Virus record (IMG/VR): IMGVR_UViG_3300021141_000001
Source: a virus
Reading direction: 5' to 3' (one strand)
DNA: 64,000 nucleotides
Shown here: piece after piece, positions 50,001 through 59,170 of the stretch
Layout of the letters: each line of letters starts with the position of its first letter
How positions within the stretch are numbered: position 1 is the first letter of the stretch
The notes under the pieces: model-generated
Database searches by the model: none
Told to the model about the DNA's origin: nothing
Seen by the model: only the letters and a program-made list of their open reading frames with translations
Program-made: the position numbers and the translations under genes

Positions 50001-51401
50001 TTCAGAATTTTCTAAATATGAATTATTGAACTCACAATCATTAAAAAATGCTTGTTTAATTTCATTTGTATAAGGTGATTCAATTCCTAATATCTCATCT
50101 TCGACTATTGAATAAGTAGCACTTGATTGAGTACCAAATGTAGTTGTATAAAATGAACCATTTGTTATAGTTGATGTTTCTATTATAGAGTTAGCAACAA
50201 AATTATAACCTCTACCTGCGTTATTAGGTGAGTTAATTTTTTGATAAGGCAATCCATAATTATCAAATGAAGAAAAATAACTTTCACTTGAAGTGTATAA
50301 TGAATTCATTGTTCCTTTTTTCCAAATAGTATTAATTAAGGTTCCAACATTCCAAACTGACTTATCACCATGCCATTTAATTCTTTTATCATATTGACCA
50401 TATAGACCACAGTTCCATTCACCTCTGAAGTTACCATCTCTAAAGTTATTTTTAGTTAAATATGGTTTAAAGTAAGTAACATCAACTTCCCAAGAAGATT
50501 GTGTTGGACCAACTACCCATTTATAAACATATCCTTCTTTGAATTCTCTTCCATTATAAGTGAAATCAGCATTCATTATTTTTACTCTATTTACATTTGA
50601 ATATGTAGGAGAAAGAGCATATGAATAAGAACCACTATTAATAAAGTTTGTTGTTATATTAGTCCAACTAGCTGTAGAACTTCTTACATAAAATCCAGGC
50701 GCACCTGAAACACCATTATTCAATCCCCAGTTTTGAGTAGTTGAATAATTACTATCAATAAATGCTATATTATTTTGATACCATTCAAATTTATGATTTA
50801 TTTTACCTTCTCTTGTAGTAATCGCTCTATTGGCATGTAAAAATTCAGACGTATCTCTAATGTAATAAACTTTTATTAATTGGTCATCTGTAGCTGTTGA
50901 ATATGGTGTAACTCCTGTATAGTCTATATCTAAAACAACTTGGCATTTATCTATGTGTAGAATTTTATAACCGTCTCTACCTTTTTTATATTTATTTTTT
51001 TCAATTAATAAATCACTATCATAAGCACCATTTATTATAAATACTCTATCTCCAGCTTTTAATTCAGAATTAACTTCAGTATAAAAAAGAGTTTTTATAG
51101 AACCTTTTATTTCATATGGCTCTACCCAATTTAATAACTTAGAACTAAATGTTTTATTTGAATTTGAAACAAGACCTATTAGTGGATCATATCCAACTAG
51201 TTTTATATCCTTTCCTAAGTTTTGTAACTCAGCTCTTGTTATAAGTTGAGGTTTTGTTGATATCGTATTAGCAACCGCCGAAATACTTGCGTTTGTTAAA
51301 TTTGGCACACTACTAACCGGTTCTTTGTATTGAACCTCCATAATACTAGGAATCTTAAAGATTTTTTTTCTAATATTTATATCAACTGAAAATGTCGCCA
51401 T
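47091..51401 (-). CDS. Large virion structural protein with GxF/GxW pentapeptide repeats
   Basis: 1436 aa; WxxGTFNGG arrays; ends AGKVGIVLTP; TATATATTA at 51424-51432. Confidence 0.7.
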   Translation of the reverse strand: MATFSVDINIRKKIFKIPSIMEVQYKEPVSSVPNLTNASISAVANTISTKPQLITRAELQNLGKDIKLVGYDPLIGLVSNSNKTFSSKLLNWVEPYEIKGSIKTLFYTEVNSELKAGDRVFIINGAYDSDLLIEKNKYKKGRDGYKILHIDKCQVVLDIDYTGVTPYSTATDDQLIKVYYIRDTSEFLHANRAITTREGKINHKFEWYQNNIAFIDSNYSTTQNWGLNNGVSGAPGFYVRSSTASWTNITTNFINSGSYSYALSPTYSNVNRVKIMNADFTYNGREFKEGYVYKWVVGPTQSSWEVDVTYFKPYLTKNNFRDGNFRGEWNCGLYGQYDKRIKWHGDKSVWNVGTLINTIWKKGTMNSLYTSSESYFSSFDNYGLPYQKINSPNNAGRGYNFVANSIIETSTITNGSFYTTTFGTQSSATYSIVEDEILGIESPYTNEIKQAFFNDCEFNNSYLENSELKNTKANNSKFEKSKSINSYFNNSVLKDSFYNSDNIIKIYAYDELAASEFSAITSVTFSSINDVVQKVYKFYIDKSGYDRLRTGDKFYIKGLGINNLSKDIINFFDKKFKIGSWTEYTEENFGVTTVGKKGYEYSAFLSTPADNSYKYYTSTAIFPPYTGPKYYTEIAGTNPNSKYYSIDIWSSRYDKTGSLTTENLDFNYNSSSLTPLNNIIDVSSAYIVDADFDSGLIENSDWNSGSHIESNNDNNITVQTLLGENYNLSIDSSNYITATTSYDSNYPESKLINVGDVVFLDSVDFNWGTVSRIPDAYKVISNTNGVYKLREIGTASQIISLSASNGYYYTNKAENRYGHLKKLKISKSNIKSGLMRRTYLSGSLIQNLEYNYLDKDLTNLAKARNLVISDAIFSNNSNILSNATYINSFFVQGDDVWNSGIIQNSIWNGGTFSNGVVRDSRWIEGDFLNGWFYNSRTFNGTSSVVSPYYYSENINSYYRKGTLPNNRNSWQSGNFIDGDFYKSDWESGTFSNGNFNYSKWYDGVFNKGIIGSNQVSTLDTHLYNGTVSYAIVENATLYSIDTSYYQNLNQNLNWLNGIFVNGVFGSDILQNATHSATWQKGIFNGGQFITNGKWKNGTFNGGKFTSAYGWTQSESTSQLDYGWEKGTFNGGEFGNANGLTNSTWYTGEFNGGVFKGRVWNNGVFLYGEFQGSGGNPVSGLTSGNANIFVDSYSQSYWGKWRDGIFTNIKDKFVKDQKFFTKQVMAMSLEGVNKPPRSAKFKNGLWVSGTFSHSSGEMSSSVWLNGVFERGKFKNSSFNPYVKRNGSATASFNFNDNTCYWENGDLDGSDFYISHWKNGNFIIGTATGMIWENGTSQYMNAFNVFWENGLWRNGNWYGSSFEFNGYVTDDYTLQILNRGMSWSGTSSCHIWNIFLQNTDQERTIVSATASTISTNGWYSSVTDPFAVAGKVGIVLTP

Positions 51402-51487
51402 CTATTACCAAAAGGATTTTATGTATATATTATTTATTAAGACTTTCTTTGTAATTAAACTTTATTTAATTAACTTTGTAAAATAGT

Positions 51488-52222
51488 ATGAATAAGAAAA
51501 AAGTATTGATTTTTACTGGAGCAGGAGTTTCAGCTGAAAGTGGCGTTGCTACTTTTAGAACTGGTGATGATGGGCTTTGGTATAATCATAAAGTAGAAGA
51601 TGTTGCCACACCTAGTGGGTGGCGTAGAGATAGAGAAAAAGTTCTTAATTTCTACAATATGCGTCGTGCTCAAATGAAAGATGTTGAGCCAAATTTGGCG
51701 CATAAAATAATTGCTGAATTAGAAAATGATTATGATGTTACTGTTGTAACTCAAAATGTTGATGATTTACACGAAAGAGCAGGCTCAACTAATATTATTC
51801 ATCTACATGGTGAGTTAACAAAAGCTAGAGGCTGTATGTATGATCATAAAACATCACCATTAGACACAGTTGTTGATGTGGGATATAATCCAATTAATAT
51901 TGGAGATAAATGTCCAACAACTGGCTCTCAATTAAGACCTCATATTGTTTGGTTTGGTGAAGATTTAGATCCTGATTTTGTTGATATGGCTACTAAAGCG
52001 GCTAAAGAATGTGATGTATGTATTGTTGTTGGAACTTCAATGAAAGTTTCACCTGCTAATACAATTCCATTTTTGACTAGAGAAACTACTAAGATTTACT
52101 ATGTAGATTTATCAGACCTTGATTTCTATGTACCAGAATACAGAAATGACTTATTTACTCATTACCAAGAATTGGCATCAACTGGTATGGAAAAAGTTAA
52201 AAACGATTTAAAAAATATTTAA
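51488..52222 (+). CDS. cobB: NAD-dependent deacylase, Sir2/CobB family
   Basis: TGAGVSAESG..TFR, TQNVDDLHERAG, HLHG, RPHIVWFGE, VGTS..V.PA. Confidence 0.95.
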   Translation: MNKKKVLIFTGAGVSAESGVATFRTGDDGLWYNHKVEDVATPSGWRRDREKVLNFYNMRRAQMKDVEPNLAHKIIAELENDYDVTVVTQNVDDLHERAGSTNIIHLHGELTKARGCMYDHKTSPLDTVVDVGYNPINIGDKCPTTGSQLRPHIVWFGEDLDPDFVDMATKAAKECDVCIVVGTSMKVSPANTIPFLTRETTKIYYVDLSDLDFYVPEYRNDLFTHYQELASTGMEKVKNDLKNI

Positions 52223-52223
52223 T

Positions 52224-52454
52224 ATGAAAGAAGAATATTACAAAGACATATTTGGTGGTAAAAAATATGGCGACTATATGGTTTATGGTTTAGATAAATC
52301 TAAAGAATCTACATATAGTGATTACACTGATTTACTTGACCAAATGAACGCAACATCCTTCACTGAAGAATCTGAAGAACAAAAAGCTATTCGTGAAGCA
52401 AAAGAAAAGGCTGAGAAAAGAAATAATAAGATTGACCAACTTTTAGGAGAATAA
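52224..52454 (+). CDS. Hypothetical protein with C-terminal tag
   Basis: Ends KRNNKIDQLLGE. Confidence 0.65.
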   Translation: MKEEYYKDIFGGKKYGDYMVYGLDKSKESTYSDYTDLLDQMNATSFTEESEEQKAIREAKEKAEKRNNKIDQLLGE

Positions 52455-52455
52455 T

Positions 52456-53019
52456 ATGTCACAAATATCAATTGTTGATTGGATTACGGCTTTATTAATA
52501 GTCGTGCCTTTATTTGCTTTACTTATATCAATTCCAAGTTTTATCTCTATGTATAAACTTGGATTCAAAGCTTATGTAGAACAATTGATACTTTTGAAAA
52601 CAATGTTGAAAAAGATATCATCTGGATATAAAATTACTCAAAATCAAGTTTATAATTACAGCGGTGTTAGTTATAATGGACCAAAATCAGTAACACAAGT
52701 TGAAACTAATCATTTCTTTCCAATAGTTATTAATAAAGATAATCTCTTAGTTCTTAATAAGAAAGAAGGTCCATTTAATACTTTACATATTCAGTATTGT
52801 AAACATGAAAATGATAACTGGGATAATAATATGGTTGAGATAAAAACCAGCAATTGTTTATTTACTCAAATTCTAAATGACAGATTTCAAAAAAAAGTTG
52901 ATAATCTTATGAAAGAGTCTGTTCAACTTGATGGAGTTGAAAATCTAAATGAACTATTAAATAGTGAAATAACTTCTATTAAAAGAGAAGATAAACTTAA
53001 TGCTTTATTAAATGATTAA
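52456..53019 (+). CDS. Membrane-anchored protein with C-terminal tag
   Basis: N-terminal TM helix; ends KREDKLNALLND. Confidence 0.65.
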   Translation: MSQISIVDWITALLIVVPLFALLISIPSFISMYKLGFKAYVEQLILLKTMLKKISSGYKITQNQVYNYSGVSYNGPKSVTQVETNHFFPIVINKDNLLVLNKKEGPFNTLHIQYCKHENDNWDNNMVEIKTSNCLFTQILNDRFQKKVDNLMKESVQLDGVENLNELLNSEITSIKREDKLNALLND

Positions 53020-53176
53020 AAGAGACATTGTAATAGTTGACCATATCAGTATGATAAGTGCTACTACGGTAGACCCATCCATATTGGAAAAACTTAATAT
53101 TCGTGTTAAGAATATTCGTAAGTATAGAGGTCGTATTGAAAAACGAAAAGAAAAAATAAAAAGAATTTATGAATAA
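53012..53176 (+). CDS. Small protein (54 aa): DnaB/T7 gp4 helicase Walker-B-like fragment plus tag
   Basis: Manual ORF MIKRDIVIVDHISMIS...KRKEKIKRIYE, overlapping both neighbours by 8 nt. Confidence 0.55.
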   Translation: MIKRDIVIVDHISMISATTVDPSILEKLNIRVKNIRKYRGRIEKRKEKIKRIYE

Positions 53177-53357
53177 AGAAACTCTTGATATATTTGGTCA
53201 ATATCTAAATGGTAATAAACAAATTATGATGTTGAAGGCTAGGCAAACTGGTAAGTCAAGTGCCACCGCTTCTTTAATGGCTTGGAAACATCTTCATAGT
53301 AAATATGAAAGAGCAAGAACGAGAAAAGAAACCATAAAACGGCTTTTTAATATATAA
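53169..53357 (+). CDS. Small protein: terminase large subunit Walker A fragment plus tag
   Basis: IMMLKARQTGKSSATA; ends TRKETIKRLFNI. Confidence 0.7.
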   Translation: MNKETLDIFGQYLNGNKQIMMLKARQTGKSSATASLMAWKHLHSKYERARTRKETIKRLFNI

Positions 53358-53381
53358 CTCAACAAAAAGAAATAAAATTTT

Positions 53382-53939
53382 ATGAATTTACAAGAATTAC
53401 TTAATAAATGGAATATCAAATGTGATGTTAATACATTACTTTCAATGTGGAATGAATCTCATAGATCTTATCATACCTTAAATCACTTAAATGATGTGAT
53501 TGACCAAATCAACGAAAGTAAGTCAAAATACTCTGATAAAGAATATGAGAAGTTGATGTTAACAGCTCTTTTTCACGATTGTGTTTATGACCCAATGAAA
53601 AGTGATAATGAAGAAAAGTCAGCTGACTTCTTTATGGAATGCTGTTCAGATAAATCTAATTCAGACGTTTTAGAAGTAAAACAAATGATTTTAGATACAA
53701 AGACTCACCAAGCTACAACAAACCTTTCAGAGTCTTTTAATTACTATGATATGAGTATTGTAGAAAGAGATTTCGATCAATTATTAGAATGGGAAAACGG
53801 AATTCACGAAGAGTTCAAAGCTTATGGTGAAGCTTACAAAGAAGGTAGATTGAAATTCTTAGAATCAATCTTAGATAAATATCCTCATAACACAGAAAAC
53901 TTACTTAAACTAGTTGAGTGGGTTAAAACTAACTACTAA
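53382..53939 (+). CDS. HD-superfamily phosphohydrolase
   Basis: RSYHTLNHL, ALFHDCVYDP, NEEKSA, D..I. Confidence 0.85.
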   Translation: MNLQELLNKWNIKCDVNTLLSMWNESHRSYHTLNHLNDVIDQINESKSKYSDKEYEKLMLTALFHDCVYDPMKSDNEEKSADFFMECCSDKSNSDVLEVKQMILDTKTHQATTNLSESFNYYDMSIVERDFDQLLEWENGIHEEFKAYGEAYKEGRLKFLESILDKYPHNTENLLKLVEWVKTNY

Positions 53940-53940
53940 A

Positions 53941-54390
53941 ATGAATATAAAAGTAAAGGACTGGGGTAATTTTATAAAAGAATCTAAAATGGAGAAGAAA
54001 GTCATAATGAACATGTTTATTTGTAGACATGAGTCTCCTATAGGCTCATCAAATACAAACCCAAATTGGTCAAAATGTGTTGAAGTTTTACATTCTATAA
54101 AATTTCCAACAACTGTTGAAATATCAGGTGCTCATCATAGAGGGTTAGCAGTTCAGGTACTCTTAGATACAAATCTTGAAGAGTCAATTTCTTTTTGTAG
54201 AGGTTTATTAGATAAATTTCTACCTGAGGTTCCATTAATAGTAATATCAGAAGTCAATGTTGAGATTAGAAACACCCCAATAGGTCACTGGTTTGATGAT
54301 GATTTAGTTCAACCAGGTAGATATTTTGATAAGTTAGTAAGTGAGGGAAAAACTGGTTTAGTAATTCATGATGAAAACACACCTAAATAA
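53941..54390 (+). CDS. Hypothetical protein with capsid-targeting-like N-terminus
   Basis: MNIKVKDWGNFIKES from the ATG at 53941. Confidence 0.55.
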   Translation: MNIKVKDWGNFIKESKMEKKVIMNMFICRHESPIGSSNTNPNWSKCVEVLHSIKFPTTVEISGAHHRGLAVQVLLDTNLEESISFCRGLLDKFLPEVPLIVISEVNVEIRNTPIGHWFDDDLVQPGRYFDKLVSEGKTGLVIHDENTPK

Positions 54391-54420
54391 TTAAAAAACA
54401 GACAGGAATTTATAAGATAT

Positions 54421-54448
54421 AAAAAAACCCACTCTAGAGTGGGTTTTT
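54421..54448. terminator. Bidirectional terminator
   Basis: AAAAAAACCCACTC-ta-GAGTGGGTTTTT. Confidence 0.8.
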
Positions 54449-54454
54449 AATTTA

Positions 54455-55123
54455 TTAAATATTTGGATTAGGTTTGTTAGGTCTTTGATTAGGATTTACT
54501 ACAGCACCTTTATTTGTCTTAGGTTCAGCAAAATATAAAGCAAAATTTGTTTCTTTATCTTCAGTACTTAATAACATATTAGGATATTTTGATTTGATAG
54601 TATCAATTAATTTATTTCCTAACTTATTTACAAATTTTACTACTTCTGGGTTTTTCTGCATATCGTATAAGTTAGCAATTTTACCAGATTCTCCAAAAAT
54701 AGCATCTTTTATATGTGACCAATTTTTAGAAATATCCTGTTGATAAGTTCCAGGGTATTTTTCATAATCACCAGGTTTCTTTTCATCCATCATCTTTTTA
54801 ATTATCTCTTTATTTTCAGGTGCTGTTATAAATTGATAAGCAACAGCATAAACAGGCAGAAACAAGCCAATTTGTTCAACATCTGAAAATTGATGAATTT
54901 CTACAGTACCACCTTTACCATTCAAATATTTTGAATCTTTTGTACCAACTAAAGAATCACCACCTCTATATTTTGATTTTTCGCTATTTTCTTTTATTTC
55001 AACTTCATACCCTTCACTTTTTACAAGAGAGTATAATTGTTTAGCTATAGATTTTAATTCCAGAAAATCTTCATTAATAGATTCTGAGTCTGAGAAGTTT
55101 TCAAATAATTTAAGATGTTTCAT
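54455..55123 (-). CDS. Hypothetical protein with capsid-targeting-like N-terminus
   Basis: MKHLKLFENF; TATATATTA at 55145-55153. Confidence 0.7.
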   Translation of the reverse strand: MKHLKLFENFSDSESINEDFLELKSIAKQLYSLVKSEGYEVEIKENSEKSKYRGGDSLVGTKDSKYLNGKGGTVEIHQFSDVEQIGLFLPVYAVAYQFITAPENKEIIKKMMDEKKPGDYEKYPGTYQQDISKNWSHIKDAIFGESGKIANLYDMQKNPEVVKFVNKLGNKLIDTIKSKYPNMLLSTEDKETNFALYFAEPKTNKGAVVNPNQRPNKPNPNI

Positions 55124-55172
55124 AATTATGATTTTTTATTAATGTATATATTAAATTTAATATTCGATTTTT

Positions 55173-55835
55173 TCATTTTATATACATTGAGTTACAGAAG
55201 TCATTCCAATCCAATCTATATCCTAACTGTGATGTGAGTTCTTTACAAACATCTAAACCAATATGTTCATGCTCAATAAATAAATGAGTAGGTAAGACAT
55301 CACAGTCTTTCATACTTTCTAATATCAATGCTTCAACACCTTCAACATCTAATATAAACAAATCAACATGTTTAATATCATATTCTTCTATAAGTTGTTT
55401 AAATGTAATTACTTCAACTATAAATTCTTGTAGTTGAACTCCCATCTTATGGAGTTGATAAAGGTGTTTTTCTACATGTTGAAATGAACCATTACTCCAT
55501 CCTGGCGCTTTTGCTATATCTTCAACATTGTCGTCTCTGAATACAAATGAACCGGTTTTATTAAGTAAACCTTTATTTAGGTTAAGGAATGAATTAGGTC
55601 TGTTTTCTACTAATTTCTTAAATTTAACCGGACTCGCTTCTATATTAACGCCTTACCAACCCATAGTTTCTTCAAAAAATTTACAACATGATAAGTTAAG
55701 ACCATCAGCTGCTCCGCACTCGATAAAAAAACCATCTCTTTTGTCTTTAAAGTAATTGTCGTGTAAGAACTTATCTACCGGTACTCCTCTATAGAGATAA
55801 CCAGCATTTGGAACCTGTCCGTAATATTTATTCAT
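55173..55835 (-). pseudogene. FkbM-family methyltransferase interrupted by one in-frame TAA
   Basis: FFIECGAADG..MGW*GVNIEASP continues in frame to LDVEGVE..FIEH; stop at 55653-55655. Confidence 0.8.
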
Positions 55836-55845
55836 GTATTATATA

Positions 55846-56568
55846 TTAATAATTCATAATTATCAACTCTGTACCCATTATAGTTATCTTAGAATCAAAT
55901 TTACAAGTAGGATAAAGTTCTTCTATACCGTCGAAATAGTAGTAACTTAATAAGAACTTTCCTTTAATATTATTAAGAGTTTCCGCCAGCTCTTTATGAG
56001 TATCTTTATTAAAATCGTGATTGATATAGTACTCTTCTTTACCCATATAAGGCGGATCTACATAAAAGAATGTTGATTCTGAATCATACATTTCAATTAC
56101 TTTTTTATAATCGTAGTTGTGTATATTATTTATTTTACTTAAATGATGTTCATAAGCACGGTGCTTCATTTTAAGTATATTGAATTCACTATTATCTCTC
56201 CAAGAATCTTTACCAATTTCATAAGGAGATGAGCAAGTTAAAACAACTAACCAATAAAGAGAAAGTAACATCTCATCTTTTTCAGTTATTATTTTTTTCA
56301 AACAACTTCGATAGTAATCTTCATCTATCTCTGTGTTCTTAAATAATTCAACAAAATTAGAATTTCGTAAATTTTTGAATAATAAATAATTTAGATTATT
56401 CTTATCATTATAGATAAAATTAACATCCTTAAACTTAGTGAAGTCTAAGGCAAAAAAAATACCAAACATTCCGGCAAATGGTTCTACATAAGTAGAAATA
56501 TTATTGGGAATATTTGGTACTATAAAGTTCGCAAATTTAGATTTCTCGCCTAAATAAGGTATCAGCAT
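55846..56568 (-). CDS. DNA adenine methyltransferase (Dam/D12 class)
   Basis: PYLGEKS, YVEPFAG, YND, FYVDPPY, LSY. Confidence 0.85.
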   Translation of the reverse strand: MLIPYLGEKSKFANFIVPNIPNNISTYVEPFAGMFGIFFALDFTKFKDVNFIYNDKNNLNYLLFKNLRNSNFVELFKNTEIDEDYYRSCLKKIITEKDEMLLSLYWLVVLTCSSPYEIGKDSWRDNSEFNILKMKHRAYEHHLSKINNIHNYDYKKVIEMYDSESTFFYVDPPYMGKEEYYINHDFNKDTHKELAETLNNIKGKFLLSYYYFDGIEELYPTCKFDSKITIMGTELIIMNY

Positions 56569-56576
56569 CCAAAAAA

Positions 56577-56834
56577 TTAATTTTTTGACTTCGCAGATTT
56601 CTTAATCTCTTTGTGAAGTTGTTTGAAGATAGATTTAACTTCTCCAAATTTCATTTCGCCGCTAATTGCCGCCATATAGGCAGTTTCTAATTTGCTCATT
56701 TTTTCACTAACTGGAGAAACAGTTGTAATAGCAGTAGCTACTGTATCAGTAGTTGCTGTAACTTTTGTTTTCCTAGTCGCACCTGTAGAAGCCTTAGATT
56801 TCATAGTAGGTGCTTTTGTTGCTTTTGTTTTCAT
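56577..56834 (-). CDS. Small basic Lys/Thr/Ala-rich protein (histone-H1-like N-terminus)
   Basis: MKTKATKAPTMKSKASTGATRKTK. Confidence 0.55.
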   Translation of the reverse strand: MKTKATKAPTMKSKASTGATRKTKVTATTDTVATAITTVSPVSEKMSKLETAYMAAISGEMKFGEVKSIFKQLHKEIKKSAKSKN

Positions 56835-56894
56835 ATTTTTGTGTTATGTTTCTTAAATATTATAGTATAATAATTTAAAAAGTTTAAGTCCAGA

Positions 56895-58010
56895 TTATCT
56901 GGACTTTTTAAATTCTTTTTTATCATTAGAAATATAGAATTTATCAAAATTATAGTATTTCTTATACACTTCTTTGATTTTCTTCATATTAACTTTATCT
57001 AAAATATCATAAACTGACCAACCCTCTGGATTGATATATTGATTAACATTCTTATATCTAAGAATCTCATCTTTAGCCATTCTTACTTTGTAGTAATCTT
57101 TAACTAAGTCAAATCTTTCTTTTGTTAAATATTTATCAGGGTTTGTAATCACCTCTTTAACAGCGTCAACTACACCATTGTAATTTTTATTAGATGTTTG
57201 AGTTGAGATAGTATTAATACCTTGATTGTTAACTCTTGACTGATAACAATGTACATAATAAACTAATCCTTTTTTCTCTCTAATTTCTTGATAAAGTGGA
57301 GATTTTAATCCTAATGACAACATAGCATTGATAAAGTGAACATAAGCAAAATCTTCCTCAATTATTGGAGAAAGAATAGCAATAGATGTTTTGTCTTTGA
57401 ACTCATTACTTAATTCTAAATCAACATCATTTTCACCAAACTCAATAGTTTTTGTAATATCTCTCTTAGCAAAATCAATAGTATTGTTTTTGTAAGGTTT
57501 GTTTTTAGATACGTTAATAATCTTAGTAGGCTTAGCATATTGAAGTTCAAAGAAATTCAAACAATCCATATACTTTAGTTTTTCTAAATCTTCTTTTAAT
57601 CCAATTGGATCATAATCACCAAATAATTTACGAGAAAGATTTAACATATGTGTTTGAGTTTGGTCATTGAAACAATCCATGTATTCTTCAAGTACAATGT
57701 TTCTTTCATTTTCAAATTGTTCTTTAGTAACATTGAATTCACCAAGTAAGTCCATAAACTCACCTTTCCACTTATTTACTTTTTCATCTAAGCCAGTTAG
57801 ATAAAAAACAATTTCATTTGAACTTGTGTAAGCATTCCAATCAATGCCGTCTTTGTCAAAATCTTCTTGAAGATGATCAAAGTTTTTACACATTAAATGT
57901 TCCATTAAGTGAGAGATACCAAACCAACCTTTTTTCTCAAGATTAGTTGAACCTTCATATACAACGTAGAAACCAGATAATTCAGTTTCAGATTTAAGAT
58001 TTATTATCAT
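56895..58010 (-). CDS. M16-family zinc peptidase (insulinase/pitrilysin)
   Basis: GISHLMEH (HxxEH), NAYTS, ERNIVLEE, LYQEIREKKGLVY. Confidence 0.92.
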   Translation of the reverse strand: MIINLKSETELSGFYVVYEGSTNLEKKGWFGISHLMEHLMCKNFDHLQEDFDKDGIDWNAYTSSNEIVFYLTGLDEKVNKWKGEFMDLLGEFNVTKEQFENERNIVLEEYMDCFNDQTQTHMLNLSRKLFGDYDPIGLKEDLEKLKYMDCLNFFELQYAKPTKIINVSKNKPYKNNTIDFAKRDITKTIEFGENDVDLELSNEFKDKTSIAILSPIIEEDFAYVHFINAMLSLGLKSPLYQEIREKKGLVYYVHCYQSRVNNQGINTISTQTSNKNYNGVVDAVKEVITNPDKYLTKERFDLVKDYYKVRMAKDEILRYKNVNQYINPEGWSVYDILDKVNMKKIKEVYKKYYNFDKFYISNDKKEFKKSR

Positions 58011-58056
58011 TTAAATTAATTTAATTTGTATTTATACAGTTTATTGAAAGATAAGT

Positions 58057-59022
58057 TTATAAGTCAACTTTGAATTTGCCCCAAATGACAACATCACCAT
58101 CAATAACTTCAATATCAGTTCCAGCCCATTCTAAATATTTAACTATACCAGATGATACATCTTCTGATGTTGTTGTATCTGGAAAAGCTTTATTAATAGT
58201 ATCAGCCATTTCATTTGTGTATATAATCATTCTATCATCTTCAACTAAAGTAAAATCTTCAATTTGAATTGATGATCTTAAAAAAGAAGTTAAATTTTTT
58301 ATCAGATTATCACCTAAATCGGATCTTCTAACTGGAACTTTATTAATTACACCATTACGCATAACACTTGATGATATCATCTCACTCCAGTTATCTTTAA
58401 TATCTTGTTGTAAATAAACTAAAGCTTCTTCTCTAAATTGTTCAACTGTATAACCTATTTGATCTAACATTAATTGACCATATTTAGTTTGATGATAACC
58501 ATATTTATATCTGATGTACATCTCATCACCTTCAGCATAAGAGGCCCATCCATCTCCACCTAATGAAATAATATCATTAGCATTTAATCCTAATTTTTTA
58601 GCAGTAAAATAAAGATAAACATCACAGTGACCATTTTGACTTCCTATTTGTCCATAACTATTAAACCAACCATCAAAATCTTTATCAACTAATTTATTAG
58701 CTTCTTCGCTGAATAAGTTTTTAATTGATTCAAAGTCCCAACCTTTTTTATTAAGCAAATTTTGCATTTCTTGATAATCAGCTTCAGGGTTAGCATCTTT
58801 CCTTTTACACATATCAGAAAACCAACCAGGATAAAAATCAGACATAGCAATTACTGACTCTTCAAAATCATCTCTTAACTCTTGTATAGTTTCTTTACCA
58901 GTACCTGGTACTTTTAAAATAACTCTACTTATAATAGTGTCTAATTCTTGCTTAGTTAATTTTGGCTTAGCAACTAGAGACTCATTAATAAAATCATTAT
59001 ACTTTTTTAAGTTCTTCTTCAT
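58057..59022 (-). CDS. Hypothetical protein with capsid-targeting-like N-terminus
   Basis: MKKNLKKYNDFINES. Confidence 0.7.
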   Translation of the reverse strand: MKKNLKKYNDFINESLVAKPKLTKQELDTIISRVILKVPGTGKETIQELRDDFEESVIAMSDFYPGWFSDMCKRKDANPEADYQEMQNLLNKKGWDFESIKNLFSEEANKLVDKDFDGWFNSYGQIGSQNGHCDVYLYFTAKKLGLNANDIISLGGDGWASYAEGDEMYIRYKYGYHQTKYGQLMLDQIGYTVEQFREEALVYLQQDIKDNWSEMISSSVMRNGVINKVPVRRSDLGDNLIKNLTSFLRSSIQIEDFTLVEDDRMIIYTNEMADTINKAFPDTTTSEDVSSGIVKYLEWAGTDIEVIDGDVVIWGKFKVDL

Positions 59023-59134
59023 CTTCTTCTTCTTCTTGTTCTTCTATTTCAACTTCATTAATTAACTCATCTGCGCACCATTCGTGGTCATATCCAACAT
59101 CACTGTCGTTGTAAAAATGTAATTTAGTAGTCAT
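58997..59134 (-). CDS. Small very acidic protein (45 aa)
   Basis: Manual ORF MTTKLHFYNDSDVGYDHEWCADELINEVEIEEQEEEEDEEELKKV; TATATATTA at 59161-59169. Confidence 0.5.
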   Translation of the reverse strand: MTTKLHFYNDSDVGYDHEWCADELINEVEIEEQEEEEDEEELKKV

Positions 59135-59170
59135 AAAATATTAGAATTTTTTTTGTAAAGTATATATTAA

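Noticed and set aside
55528-55755. Plus-strand 75-aa ORF
   Set aside because: It is antisense to the interrupted FkbM reading frame, which has the recognisable motifs.
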